Origin: Paraspadella gotoi | Taxonomy: Eukaryota; Animalia; Chaetognatha | Length of the DNA: 64,000 nt | Direction of reading: 5' to 3' | NCBI GenBank assembly: GCA_051294375.1 | Contig: CM119265.1 | Span: forward strand, 28,022,665 to 28,086,664 | In this document: in pieces, positions 1 through 13,221 of the stretch | Numbering within the stretch: the first letter of the stretch is position 1 | Layout: each line of letters begins with the position of its first letter | Notes under the pieces: generated by a model | Databases searched by the model: none | Told to the model about the DNA's origin: nothing | What the model saw: the letters and a program-made list of their open reading frames with translations, nothing else | Made by a program: the position numbers and the translations under genes

Positions 1-541
1 GGAGAAAGGGAAGATGAAAGAGGGGGTAAATAGAAGGATTAGTGGGAAGGAGGAAGGGGAGGAGAAAAGAGAGGAGGGGAGAGAGGGAGAGAGGAAAAGT
101 GGGAGGGAGGAAGGGGAGGAGAAGAGAGAGGTTAAGGAGGAGAAACAAAAGTCGCGAAGGCGGAAATATGTTTCCTTCTCGTTGTTTTTCTCTTAAGTAT
201 TTGTTTTCTTTTTGTTTGCTTTGTTTTCAAAATAGAATTTGTTTGTAAATTTCATTAATTAAGACGTTTTTAATTATTGTTGTATACAATGTATAATCTA
301 CATCCGTAATTCGTATTTAGAATTGAAAGATTCTTAAGCAAATAATGGAAGGGAAGACAGAATAAACAAATGTACAAAAAAAATAAAGAAAAAAAAAAGA
401 GAAAGAAGAAAAAGAAAGAAATAAGTAAAAGGAAACGATAATCCACGCAAGCAGAATTCTATCGCACACGAATTCATCGCCATTTTTTTTCTTTTCTACA
501 TTCGCGTTTATATTTATTTCTTTGCCAAAGAAAAATAAAAG

Positions 542-579
<38 letters not shown>

Positions 580-1671
580 CCAACGTGCCTACGCCGACGA
601 CGACGACGACGACAAAGACGACGACGAAGACGACGATAGTCCTTTCACAGCGACTTTTTTTTCAAGAAGTTCACCTCTTTTTTTCTCTCACTCCCCAGTA
701 TTCACCATCACATAAAACCCATCACTTTTCACACATTGACGGTTGACATCTCGACTCCATTCACAATATTCTCACCCGACAAATCACTCGTCAGTCAAAC
801 CTCATTCACGATTCTCCCACGCCCAACTATCAAATAACTTACACACTTTCAACCAACAACCACACTTCACAACCACAATTCACAACTCTCCCCACAACAT
901 CCGCCCACGATTGAAGGCGCGAGAAAAAAAAATTCCTTCACTGATTAAATTTTCACGAAAAATTAGTTCGTTTATGAGTTTGAGTCGAAAAAGAAACGAG
1001 AAATTCGGATTTCCTTTACCTTCCTCCACCTCTTCCTCCTCCTCTTACTCCTCTTCTTCCTTTCCTCTTCCTCCTCCTTCTCTTCATCATCCTCTTTTTC
1101 TTCCTCCTCTTCTTCTTCCTCCTCTTCTTCTTCCTCCTCTTCCTCCTACTCCTCCCTTCTACTTCCCTCTCCCCAAGTTTTTTTTTCTTTTTCTTTATTT
1201 TTTTCCTTCTTTTTTGTTTTCTTTTTTTCTTTTTTTCACTTATTCCCTTTTTTGGCCAGTTTTTCATCCTTTTTCCCTTTTATTTCCCTTTTTTGCCCTT
1301 TCCCCCTTTTTTGTCCTTTTCTCCCCTTTAATCTCCTTTTTCCTCCTTTTTTCTCCTTTTTTCTCTATTTTCCTTTTTTGCCCTCAACTTTTTTCGATTC
1401 TCACGGTCGTTTTTGTTTCGTTATTTCCTCTTTCTTCCTTTTTTTTCTTTTTTTTCTTTCACAATTTCTCCTCAGACGCGGATTTCACTTTCGCCGAGAT
1501 TCACTCTCTCCCCTTCACCGATTCTCACGGCGAATTTCAATGACTTCACATCTCTCTCATTCCGACGTGATTCTTTATCTCCTCTTACGTTTATCATCGA
1601 CATAACTCAGTTTTTCTTATTTCATTTATAATATATTATATGTTCTATCTATACACTTGTCCTAGTTAACA

Positions 1672-1862
1672 TTATGAAATTGGTACAACCAATATAAAAA
1701 TTATCCATTCATTTAATAAATAAGCTATCTTGCCCCTGACTTTGGACAGGCTTTGGTGGTTTAAGGCCTCCATCACTCTTACAAGATAATGACATAGCAG
1801 GTCCCTGCAAGCTTTCAATCAAGACTCTCTCACAGTCTCGTTTATTCACTCCCAGAGTACCT
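1672..1862 (+). repeat. Dispersed repeat family (core TTAATAAATAAGCTATCTTGCCCCTGAC)
   Basis: Related copies at ~5060-5230 (-), 5275-5322, 7500-7550 (-), 9295-9357, 27410/46250 and 33790-33950/54440-54605 (-). Confidence 0.75.
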
Positions 1863-1934
1863 GGCTTCCCTATCAATGAAGTGGAAAATATTTCAAAGAA
1901 TGTTTCAATTGTATATTTCTTATCCTATTCGCTA

Positions 1935-2070
1935 TTTTCTTTCTTTTCTTTTCTTTTCTTTTCTTTTCTTTTCTTTTCTTTACTTTACTTTACTTTACTT
2001 TACTTTACTTTACTTTACTTTACTTTACTTTACTTTACTTTATTTACTTTACTTTATTTTACTTTACTTT
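1935..2070 (+). repeat. (TTTTC)n/(TTTAC)n microsatellite
   Basis: Direct inspection. Confidence 0.9.
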
Positions 2071-2154
2071 TCTCCTTTTTCACCACTTTTTCTTCAGATT
2101 TAAATTTCTTTACTTTTTGTTCCTCACTCGATTCTTACCTTTCTTCCTCCAGAG

Positions 2155-2185
<31 letters not shown>

Positions 2186-3972
2186 NNNNNNNNNNNNNNN
2201 NNNNNNNNNNNNNNNNNNNNNNNNNNNNNNNNNNNNNNNNNNNNNNNNNNNNNNNNNNNNNNNNNNNNNNNNNNNNNNNNNNNNNNNNNNNNNNNNNNNN
2301 NNNNNNNNNNNNNNNNNNNNNNNNNNNNNNNNNNNNNCTTCTCCCAAATCTTCTAATCCCAGTCTCCCTTCGCCGGGAAAAACCTTCTTCGACTTTCCGG
2401 TCTTCCGGCGGATCGGGTCATTTCCGGCCGCCCGAGAAAAGACGCGTAACGGTGCCGCCATCGACCCGCCCCCCCNNNNNNNNNNNNNNNNNNNNNNNNN
2501 NNNNNNNNNNNNNNNNNNNNNNNNNNNNNNNNNNNNNNNNNNNNNNNNNNNNNNNNNNNNNNNNNNNNNNNNNNNNNNNNNNNNNNNNNNNNNNNNNNNN
2601 NNNNNNNNNNNNNNNNNNNNNNNNNNNNNNNNNNNNNNNNNNNNNNNNNNNNNNNNNNNNNNNNNNNNNNNNNNNNNNNNNNNNNNNNNNNNNNNNNNNN
2701 NNNNNNNNNNNNNNNNNNNNNNNNNNNNNNNNNNNNNNNNNNNNNNNNNNNNNNNNNNNNNNNNNNNNNNNNNNNNNNNNNNNNNNGAGAGAGAGAGAGA
2801 GAGAGAGAGAGGAGGGATAAGCCCAATTTTTGTGTGCCATATTCGTTGCTCCAAATTGAGATTCAAAATTAATAATTTATGACCAGTCATTGACCACGGA
2901 CAAAAAAATTGAGCGGATACTTAGTTTTTTAATTAAAACTAAAAGTCAAATCAACCAATCAATAAATCATTCAATCAATTAATCTATCAATCAATCATTC
3001 AATCATGCAATCTATCGATCACTCCAATCAATCCGAAATCAATCATTTGGTCTTAAATTCACTCATTCACTTCTCAAATAGTTTTCCCTGGCGGGTTGGC
3101 GTTCACCTGTAATCCTCTAGTTCACAGGAGCCTGGTGATGCTGGCGGAATTGACCAAGGAATCTGGATTGGCCTGTTATTCCATCAGCAGGCCGTCCGCT
3201 TTAACGACTGGCATCCCTTACTGGCAATACCATCAGCCGAATGCTTGCCGTCGTTTCCTCTGACCTGTCTAACGCCGGGGTAAATATGAAGGATATCCCG
3301 ATTGGAGCTGCTTGGTGCATTCTTCTGCGATTCCATCTTGACAGATCAGAGGGTCCTTGGTTCCCACGCATTGCCCACTTTTTTTTTCGCAAATTATGTT
3401 TAAAAAATTCTATGAAATTGGTGCAAACTACATAGATTTTTGTTGTTTTACATTTTGTTTAATGCTGATGATATTCAATCGTTCAGTAATCAATTGTATG
3501 AGATAAATATAAATATAAATATATATGATAAATGCTTAAATTAAATTGTTGCGAATTTGGACATAAATTTGTTGCCATACAGTCAGTAATATTTATCAAA
3601 ATCAATGAGCTTTGTCAAGTTCGAAATCGTTGTTTTTTTTTAATAACAATTGCATTTAAAAATAAATAAAACGATTTAATTTTAAAAAAACTATTTTTGG
3701 ATCGTTCGATCGATTGACCGTGACACGTGATCGGAAATCCAAATGTGAGATCAAATCAACGGCTTCAAATCACTCGCGTCTAAAAAAGTGAGATTTTTTA
3801 CGAAAATTTTGAGTGAATTTTATGATTTTTTTAGAATTTAAATCATTCGAAAAATTTTATAAAATTCACAGAAAAATCAAAGAAAAATGAATTGATTTGA
3901 TGAAAAAAATAAAATTTAATCGAACAAGAGTTTCCCTCGCTGGCGTTACTAACTATTCCCAGAACAAAGAAT

Positions 3973-4018
<46 letters not shown>

Positions 4019-4200
4019 TTGGCTGTGACGCAGTAATGCTCCACGTGCCATTTGGGGAATCGGGTCATCCTGGGGAGGAACTTCGCGCGGAAAATTTTTA
4101 TGGAGACGTGGCGGTTTTGGGGAAACGAGGAACAGATATCGGGGATCGGAGATGGAGGATAAGGGATAAAGGATCGGTTATGGGTAGATTAGAAAGACAT

Positions 4201-4282
<82 letters not shown>

Positions 4283-4471
4283 TATACTTTTTCGTTTGTT
4301 TTTCCTCCCAAAATATTTTTTTTAATCCAAACTGAACAAAGAATAATTTGTCTTTTGACGCAAATTACATTTTCATTTACTTTTTTCTTGGTCTGCTGAG
4401 TGGGGGGGGCAGACATTTTGTTTTTCGCTGATCCGAGTTACAAAGTTGGAGTCTAACAGAGATAATCAATC

Positions 4472-4504
<33 letters not shown>

Positions 4505-4627
4505 TAATCATTAATTAATCAATCACGAAAGCAAAAATGATGTATAAAGTACAATTGAAAAAAAGTGAAGGTGAAGTAGGAAAAGCAAATGATAGAGATC
4601 TGAGAAAAGCATCGGGTATGCGCTGCT

Positions 4628-4765
4628 GACAAAAGGATGATGACAGAGGCTAATGACAAAGGCAGTTAATCAAGTTTGATTAAAAAGGGTAATGACAAAG
4701 GCTAATGACAAAGGCTAATGACAAAGGCTGATGACCAACGCTAATGACAAAGGCTGAAGACAAAG
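4628..4765 (+). repeat. 12-bp minisatellite (TGACAAAGGCTA)n
   Basis: Direct inspection. Confidence 0.8.
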
Positions 4766-5660
4766 AAAAAAGATAAACGAAGAGCAATGGTTTGTATCGA
4801 CTGACCGACCATATCTTCCGGAGCATCACCCCGGTGAGACTTACCCTTGCCGCTGCCTTTGTCTTAGTCTTTACCGAAACGACCTTACCAACGCTGGGTG
4901 AGGCGTCGGTGGTGATAAACCTTCCATTTTACGAGGATTTTATATTTTTACCTTGTGTCATAATTTATTCTCGTTTTACGTTTAAGTGGATTATGGCAAC
5001 GAACAAAATTCATTGCACCAAATATGTACAATTAAAGCTGTTCAATTGTTGAGAATGCATGGTATTTGGGAGTGAATAAACTAGACTGTGAGAGTCTCGA
5101 TTCTAAGGCTTGCAAGGACCTGATAAGTTATTATTTTGTGAGAGTGATGGAATCCGTGTGTCACGGTCCGTGACGCATGAGTTGAGATAACTTATCTATG
5201 GTTAATTTGTATATTGATTGTATCGATTCTATGAACGAAAAGTGGAAATAAACTAGGATTTATAAAATTAAAACGTTACAACCAATAGAAAAATTATCCT
5301 TTCATTTAATAAATAAGCTATATGACACAATGNNNNNNNNNNCATTGTGTCATATCTTGCTATCTAAGATTTATAAGATTTGTTTTGTTTTTTTATCGAC
5401 TTACTACAGATTATGTTTTATGTTTTCTCTTCTTCGATATTAGATTTAAAAAAAAATATTTCGTTTTTTTCTCTTAATTATTATGAAGGGAAAAAAATAC
5501 ACGAATAATCGATAAGAAAAAAAAAGAAAACTGGTGAGATAAAGAAGGATGGAAAAACGATAGCAACTGACTGATAATTAATATAATAATATATAAAATA
5601 TAAAAGGAAATAATGGCAGAAAGACGCGAGACAAGAATGCAGTGACAGCAGATGCTGAAC

Positions 5661-5758
<98 letters not shown>

Positions 5759-6799
5759 CGGCAGGTAACGTGCGCGGACCGATGATGAATCTCACGAGGG
5801 TCATCATCATATTTACATCATAACGACCGATCGGCTCACCATAGAAATCGAGAGGAGAGGGAGAAATATAAAGAGAAGAGAGGGAGAAAATGAGAAGAGA
5901 GGGAGGAAAAGAGAAGAGAGNNNNNNNNNNNNNNNNNNNNNNNNNNNNNNNNNNNNNNNNNNNNNNNNNNNNNNNNNNNNNNNNNNNNNNNNNNNNNNNN
6001 NNNNNNNNNNNNNNNNNNNNNNNNNNNNNNNNNNNNNNNNNNNNNNNNNNNNNNNNNNNNNNNNNNNNNNNNNNNNNNNNNNNNNNNNNNNNNNNNNNNN
6101 NNNNNNNNNNNNNNNNNNNNNNNNNNNNNNNNNNNNNNNNNNNNNNNNGGAGAAATATAAAAAGAAAGGGAGAAAATGAGAAGAGAGGCAAAAGGGGGGA
6201 AATAGAGATGAGAAGGGAAGAGAAAAAAGAGAAGAGAGGCAGAAAAAGAGAAGAGAGGGAAAAGGGGGAAATAGAGAGGGGAAGGGAAAAAAAGAGAAGA
6301 GAGGGAGAAAAATAGAATAAAGGGAAAAATATAAAGAGAAGAGAGGGAAAAAAAGAGAAGAGAGGGAGAAAATGAGAAGAGAGGGAAAAGGGGGGAAATA
6401 GAGAGGGGAAGGGAAAAAAGAGAAGAGAGGGAGAAAAATAGAATAAAGGGAGAAATATAAAGAGATAGGAAAGGGGGAGAACGAGAAGAGATGGAAAAAA
6501 ATCAGCTGAAAAGAATATTCTAGTGAAAAAAAAATTGAATTAATAAAATCAACATTACTATTTAATGTAATAAAATATATTGTATATATTACAAAAATTG
6601 AGAAAAGATACATGTTTATATTCTTTGTCAAAGCGAAGAGAAAAATCTTGTCCATTCGTCAAAAGGAAAAATTCGGAGGAAAAAAATAAACCGAATGAAT
6701 GAAAGCAGAAGGTTGTTGTTCTTGTTGTTGTTGTTGTCGCTAAGTCGGTAGTGAAGGCGTTGAACGACAGATTGACGCCAAAGGAAGAAATGATAGATG

Positions 6800-6847
<48 letters not shown>

Positions 6848-7324
6848 TGGAATTTTTGACAGTTTCCGGTCGGACGACGATAAGGGCGTTAGACTGTCGC
6901 GGCTTAAATGTAACGACCAACGGTTTTTAGTCGATCCGATATCAGAGCCTTTACTTCTACAACCACCAGCGCACAGAGAGACAGACTGAAATATAGACAG
7001 ACAGACATATAGACAGACAGAACATACCCAAAATCCATCCTAGTAAATAATATTAAAAACCGAATACTGCATCAAGTTTTAAATTTTTTCATCACTTTGT
7101 TCACTGATGCTGCATCGAGTTTTTAAATTCTAATCCTGCATCCATTTTACAAATGCTGCATTATTTCGACCACTATTGCTGTATCAAGTGTTCAAATGCT
7201 GCATCATTTCAGCCACTAATGCTGCAACATCCCTTCTCTACCCAACTGGACTCCGCCGCGAAAAATGAAAGCGATGTCGTGTCAAATTCTTTTTCTCCGT
7301 CCAGACGCCAGCTTTCCTCCTTAA

Positions 7325-7412
<88 letters not shown>

Positions 7413-7726
7413 TTTTAAAACGTCGGTTTCAATTTGTAGGGTTAGCTTGTCAGTCTGTCGCTACTCGCTAGTCAATCGGTAGATCCCTCTAAAGTTTTGT
7501 CAAGATAGCTTATTGATTAAATAATTTTTATTTTGGTTGGACCAATTTCACATCACAAGGCGAGTTGAATGTTTCACTTTGTGCCATCTCTTTGGTCCTC
7601 GTCGCTTAAATATGATTTGGTCATCGTCGCCAATGGCCATTGGAAGCAATGAGTAGCCAGAAATCGCAACACGAATTCCTATGGTCGTTGGTCAAACTGC
7701 AACGGAATGTCGAAAAGTGTCACTCT

Positions 7727-7771
<45 letters not shown>

Positions 7772-8942
7772 GGAACGGTCAGCGGTTTGACGCGACCGAG
7801 GGAGAGACAACTTAACCGTGAAGGTCAAAGGTTGAAGCGTGTCAAGCAGCTTGCGTCGTCGTCGTTGTTGTCGTTTGTTGTGTGTGTGTTTCGCCATTGT
7901 GTGTGTACCCTTTTTTTATTATATGAAGACTTAATTTTTATTTTTCATTCCTATCGAAATTGGTTTTCATATTTTTATTTAGTTCCTTACGTATTTCTTG
8001 GCTTCCTATAATTTCAATTTTAATTTTTTTTTTAATTTATATTTTAGCAAAGTTAACAAAGACCGCGGATCAGAGATACGTCGAGCCTCAGCTGAGTCAG
8101 CAACCACTTAACGGTGTAGAAAGAAAAAATATACACTTGCTAAGAAAGTTATTTAGGTCATGTAGTATTGTTATGTCACGTAATGTCATCTGATGTCACG
8201 TCCTGTCATGTCATATCACGTCATGTCACGTCATGTCACCAGAAATACACGTAATAAGGCAGTCACTGCGGCGCAACACATTTTAATTACCGTTCTTGTT
8301 TGAATTTAATTTTATTGGATACACGAAGTCCAAAACAATTCCACGTGAGAAGTTAATCAATGTTCGAACATTATTTCTAATACTTATAGTATTTATCTAC
8401 ATATTTAACACTTTTAAAGGCAACATTTAAATATTGAGTCGTGAAGTCGTTGAGGTCAGATTCATCCGATTTCCCTGTGGAATCTTTTTGACAAATGTTA
8501 AAGTTGAATGATTTGAATAAACAAAATTACTTTATCACCAAAATTGACTTTGTATCTTTTAATCCGTACAAGGTAAATAAAAAGAATTAAAAATTTTATA
8601 TTGCAACATATATTTTTTAATTAATCGATTAAATTTAAAATCGAAGTCGACAGCCAAACGTATAATCTTTTAAACATTTAAAAAAAATCTGAAACTATTT
8701 GAACAAAATATTTAAAAAGAATATTTAATTTTTTTAAAAAGAATAATAAGAATATAAAACATTCCATAATAATACTGAGAAAGTTCTATGGACAGAATAT
8801 TTAATCTGAGGAAGAAAAATTTGGGAAAAAATGGAAAAGTGGAAATCAAAATAAAGTTCTTTAGACCCTCTCTCGCTCTCTCCTCCCTTTCTCCTCCCTC
8901 TCTCCTCCCTCCTCTCTCTCCCCTCCGTCTCCCTCTCTCTCT

Positions 8943-8997
<55 letters not shown>

Positions 8998-9138
8998 CTA
9001 CCTCCCTCTTCCTCTCTCTCTTCTCAGACCCAGAAATCGCATTTTTGACGTTTATTTGATGAATGAGGAGAAAATGAGAAAAATATTTGAGGCGAAACAA
9101 AATTCAAGGGTGAAGCCTGTATACATGTGTATCGGTGG

Positions 9139-9191
<53 letters not shown>

Positions 9192-9583
9192 TTTGATATT
9201 TTATGACATCCAACATTGATTTAAATTAGCAAAAATAAAATAATTTGGTTAAAACGGTTTGGAAAATAACAATCATTTTTGTTTCCAATTTTTGAAATTT
9301 GTACAACCTTTAGTTGATTATTTACCATTTAATAAATAAGCTATCTTGCCCCTGACTGGCTTATGTCACTCTTTTCATTACAGTAATTTATTCAAACTAG
9401 ATTTTTTTATTTCGGGCGTTTTGCCATGGCGTGGGCCTCAAAAACATAGGGTTCAATTATGAGGGATCAGCATCCTCGGAGTTGCTCAGTTTTAATTTTT
9501 TTAACTTTTATGATTAGCTAAAATTTAAACCAATAGGAACTATTTTTAAACATTAGTTAAATTATTCAGTGAATTCAGGAAAA

Positions 9584-9624
<41 letters not shown>

Positions 9625-10016
9625 CTAAGATACGCAGAAGTTGGAAGTTTTTATTTCAGGAATAAATAAAAACTGAAGCCTAAAGATAAGAGAGACATTT
9701 TTTTTCTATTTTTCACTTTTGTAGAAAAATGAAAGAAAAGAAAAAAGAATGAAAAGAAAAGAAAAATATATCTTGGGGTATTTCTTGGAAATCATACATA
9801 AAAATATTATATTTTATAAATAAACAAACGTAAAAAGAAAAGTAAAAGAGAGAGTGAGATAACTGAGTTGAATAGAATTGGATAAAGAAAACGTGTTCTG
9901 TGGCCCTAAAAGCTACATAAATTGACAAAATGGTAATTACAGGTTACAAAGTATTAAAAGATATAAGAGAGAGCGAAAAGGAGTGGGAGAGAGAGAGACA
10001 GAGAGACACAGAGAAA

Positions 10017-10056
<40 letters not shown>

Positions 10057-10104
10057 AAGAGAGAAAGAGAGAGAGTGAGTGAGAGCAGAGAAAAGGAAGG
10101 GTGT

Positions 10105-10295
10105 TTGATTTGTGGTTGATTGGTGGTCGATTGGTAGTTGATTGGTGGTTGATTGGTGGTTGATTTTGGTTGATTGGTGGTTGATTTGTGGTCGATTGGT
10201 GATCGATTGGTGGTCGATTGGTAGTTGATTGGTGGTTGATTTGTGGTTGATTTGTGGTCGATTGGTGATTGATTGGTGGTCGATTGGTGGTTGAT
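10105..10295 (+). repeat. 11-bp minisatellite (GATTGGTGGTT)n
   Basis: Direct inspection. Confidence 0.9.
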
Positions 10296-10430
10296 TAATA
10301 ATTATTTGGGCGTAAATAGAATATAGCTTTCTGCAGATGAAAATGTCGATTGACTGGAATTCTTTGTCGTTGTCGTCATCGTCGTCTTTAGATTTTAGAT
10401 CTGTCTCTCGCGATCTATTTATATCCTTTA

Positions 10431-10478
<48 letters not shown>

Positions 10479-10646
10479 ACTCTCTCTCTCTTGCTCTCTC
10501 TCTCTCTCTATCTCTCTCTCTCTTTCTCTTTCTCCTTCCCCTAGGGAAAAGGGAAGAAGAAAAAAACAAATGAATTTGGTTTTGGTTGGAATTAACGCGC
10601 GGTTAAGCCTCAGCGTCAGATTCCGTAATTGATAGCCCCGAGCCGG

Positions 10647-10687
<41 letters not shown>

Positions 10688-10839
10688 CTCTCACTTATAT
10701 TCAAAATTCAGCTCGTTTTCTTTTAATAATTCTATACTTTTAATTTTCTCATGTTTTTTTCGTTTCCTTAACTTTTTTGTCTCGGATATTTTTAGCTCGA
10801 AGGTCAAACAGTTTAGTCTTGACCCGTGAGTTGGGATAA

Positions 10840-11150
10840 AGTGATAGAAGTGAGATAAGTGAAGGAAGTGAGATAAGTGATGGAAATGAGATAACTGATA
10901 GTATTGAGATAAGTGATAAAAGTAAAATAAGTGATGGAAGTGACATAAGTGATAGAAGTGAGATAAGTGATAGAGGTGAGATAAGTGTTGGAAGTGAGAT
11001 AGGTGATAGAAGTGAGATAAGTGATAAAAGGGAGATAAGTGTTGGAAGTGAGATAGGCGATAGAAGTAAGATAAGTGATAGAAGTGAGATAAGTGATAGA
11101 AGTGAGATAGGTGATAGAATTGAGATAAGTGATAGAAGTGAGATAAGTTA
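10840..11150 (+). repeat. 18-bp minisatellite (GTGATAGAAGTGAGATAA)n
   Basis: Roughly 16-17 imperfect copies; translates as TSITYL repeats on the minus strand. Confidence 0.9.
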
Positions 11151-11539
11151 CAAAAAGGGTTAGATTAATATTAAGATAAAAAAAAAAAACGTATCCCACC
11201 ATAAGTGTAAAAAAACAAATTTATCCAATAATAAAATAATGAAAGACCCTCACATTTAACAAGTCTTATAGGCTTAAAAATAAAAACTTTTAGTTCCTCC
11301 TGCCTCCTTTAAAAAAAAATCATTCGTTGGTAGAGTAATTTTTATAATTAACATTCCTTTACAATAATTTTTATTTAATTAATTAATTAACATACCTTTA
11401 AAAAAATCATGCCATCCTTTTTTTTGGTCTTTATCTACAACATATTTTTTTTAATTTATTTTTAATTCAATCCTCGAGGGAGAACACAATTTATGATCCC
11501 ACGATTAATAAAACTTCTGCGCCATCGTATATTAAAATA

Positions 11540-11856
11540 AAAAAACAAGAACGGTAATTCAAATGTGTTGCGCCAGATCACTGCCTTATCACGAGTATTT
11601 TTAGTGACATGACATGATGCAACATGACGAGAACTGACATGACATGCGCTAGCAGACACTTAGATTTGAGGTTTTTTTCCTGTCTAAATAAATGAGCAAT
11701 GATCAGATATAAGCAAATTACAATGCATTTTTAACGTAAGTGGGACAGACCGACGGACAGACATAACAACCCCACTGACGGACCGACCGACCGACCAGAC
11801 CGACCGAAAAGTGACTTATAGAGTTGCTCAGCGAGTACTCAGGGCGCAACTAAAAA
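11540..11856 (+). mobile_element. Helentron/DINE-1-like non-autonomous element fragment
   Basis: (GACC/GACA)n tract followed by TATAGAGTTGC...GCAACTAAAAA hairpin end. The first 110 bp have an inverted copy at ~8190-8300. Confidence 0.45.
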
Positions 11857-12154
11857 GATATTATCTGCGAACTGCAACGGGCATTAACCGTCAAGGATTG
11901 ACATCGAGAAAAAGAGAATAAATTAAAATCTCTCTCCATTTTATTTTTCTTTTCCCCTTTTCTCTCCGTCCGTCGATGCTCTTTATTTTTACGAGGGAAA
12001 TAACGTAAATAAACCGTTCGTTGTTCTCCGTTTCTCCGTCAGGCGCCGCTAGTGAGGAGATTTCTCTCTTTTTTACATTTTTTTTTTTGTGTGTAAATCT
12101 GACGAGCATTGCCGAGCTTCGATAGAGTTTAGTATGCAAATCAAGAGAGAGAGG

Positions 12155-12196
<42 letters not shown>

Positions 12197-12459
12197 AGAA
12201 AGAGAGAGAGCGATTCGGTGCGACCGATAATTGTGACACTCGCTTCAATTTTCGTCCAATTGTTCACGTGATGTGAAATCAAGACGAGCGTTCGATTTCA
12301 GTTTCAAATTCGTTTTGTGAAAAATTAAGGAAAAATCAGTTGACGAAATTTATTCGTCGGAATAATATTCTCTCTTCTCTTTTTGTCTACTCTATTCTTC
12401 AATCTTTCTTCTCTATTTTCTGCGATTCTCTCTCTCCTGTCTATTCTCCGTTTTCTTTC

Positions 12460-13055
12460 TGTAGAAGAGATTGGCGTGGTTTATTCTCTTCATTTACATC
12501 ATTTTCTTCATTTACGTTTTCTGCATTTACTTGGGAGATTTTTCTCCACTTTCTTTCTCCTTTAGATATATAGGCCTCAGTAGATACTCATAGACTTTCT
12601 ACCCGTCCACAAACGGCTTTTCACGAGAGAGACAGAGCCGTTACGTTACGTCAAGCACCTTTTGTCACCGTTTCAGAACAGTCATTTGATGGGTCCAGGA
12701 CCCACAGGGAGACCACATAGACTCGATGTCGAGATAGACTTGTGGACACACTTGTGGAGGCCGAGGCTCAGACTTTGACCCACTGCTACGGACTTATGGT
12801 CTCACCATCTAGAGACCACAGAGGGTCTTGGTGACCTTGTCGACCACGGCCCACGTCGCCCCATAGGCGTCGACGGGCTCTTCTTCCCAAGACGGCGGCC
12901 GGCCGTAGGAGACGTCCGCGAGCAGATGTCGGCAGGGCCGCGCCCACTTCCGGCGAAGACGACGAGGGACGCGTACGTCAGTCTCTTTACGTTGGAGCAA
13001 GACGGGGAGGAGGACGGAGAGACGACCCCCACGTAGGGCTAAGACAGCCTTTACA
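12460..13055 (+). repeat. 5' LTR of the BEL/Pao element
   Basis: Starts TGTAG, ends TTTACA. Near-identical to 23813-24406, differing mostly by 1-nt indels. TATA-like TATATA at 12567-12572. Confidence 0.95.
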
Positions 13056-13065
13056 GTGAAAAGCC
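13056..13065 (+). promoter_or_regulatory. Non-canonical primer-binding site GTGAAAAGCC (candidate self-priming site)
   Basis: Abuts the 5' LTR end, lacks TGG, and is the exact reverse complement of GGCTTTTCAC at 12615-12624 inside the LTR. Confidence 0.7.
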
Positions 13066-13221
13066 TAAACTGTCTCTCCGTGTTGGGTCTCTACTCAAGT
13101 ACGGTGAGTATGACAGTATCACAGTACCTTATTTGAAGACATGAATTTATAGACATCAGTAGCTTGTAGACTAACACTGTGTATATTAAAACCTTATTTA
13201 TCTTGTTTGCATATACGCGCG

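Noticed and set aside
1-2200. Long F/L/S-rich and K/R/E-rich ORFs (also 5500-6650, 34500-36950, 62270-62930)
   Set aside because: Stop-poor translations of purine or pyrimidine tracts and (GA)n microsatellites.
10840-11150. CRISPR-like or repeat-protein array
   Set aside because: Head-to-tail 18-mers with no spacers; an ordinary minisatellite in a eukaryote.
13059-13067. PBS similarity to the 5S rRNA 3' end (AAAAGCCTA) or a tRNA-Glu half
   Set aside because: The 5S match starts 3 nt from the LTR and breaks after 8-9 nt; the tRNA-Glu match needs an indel and does not extend. The self-complementary match is exact and flush with the LTR.
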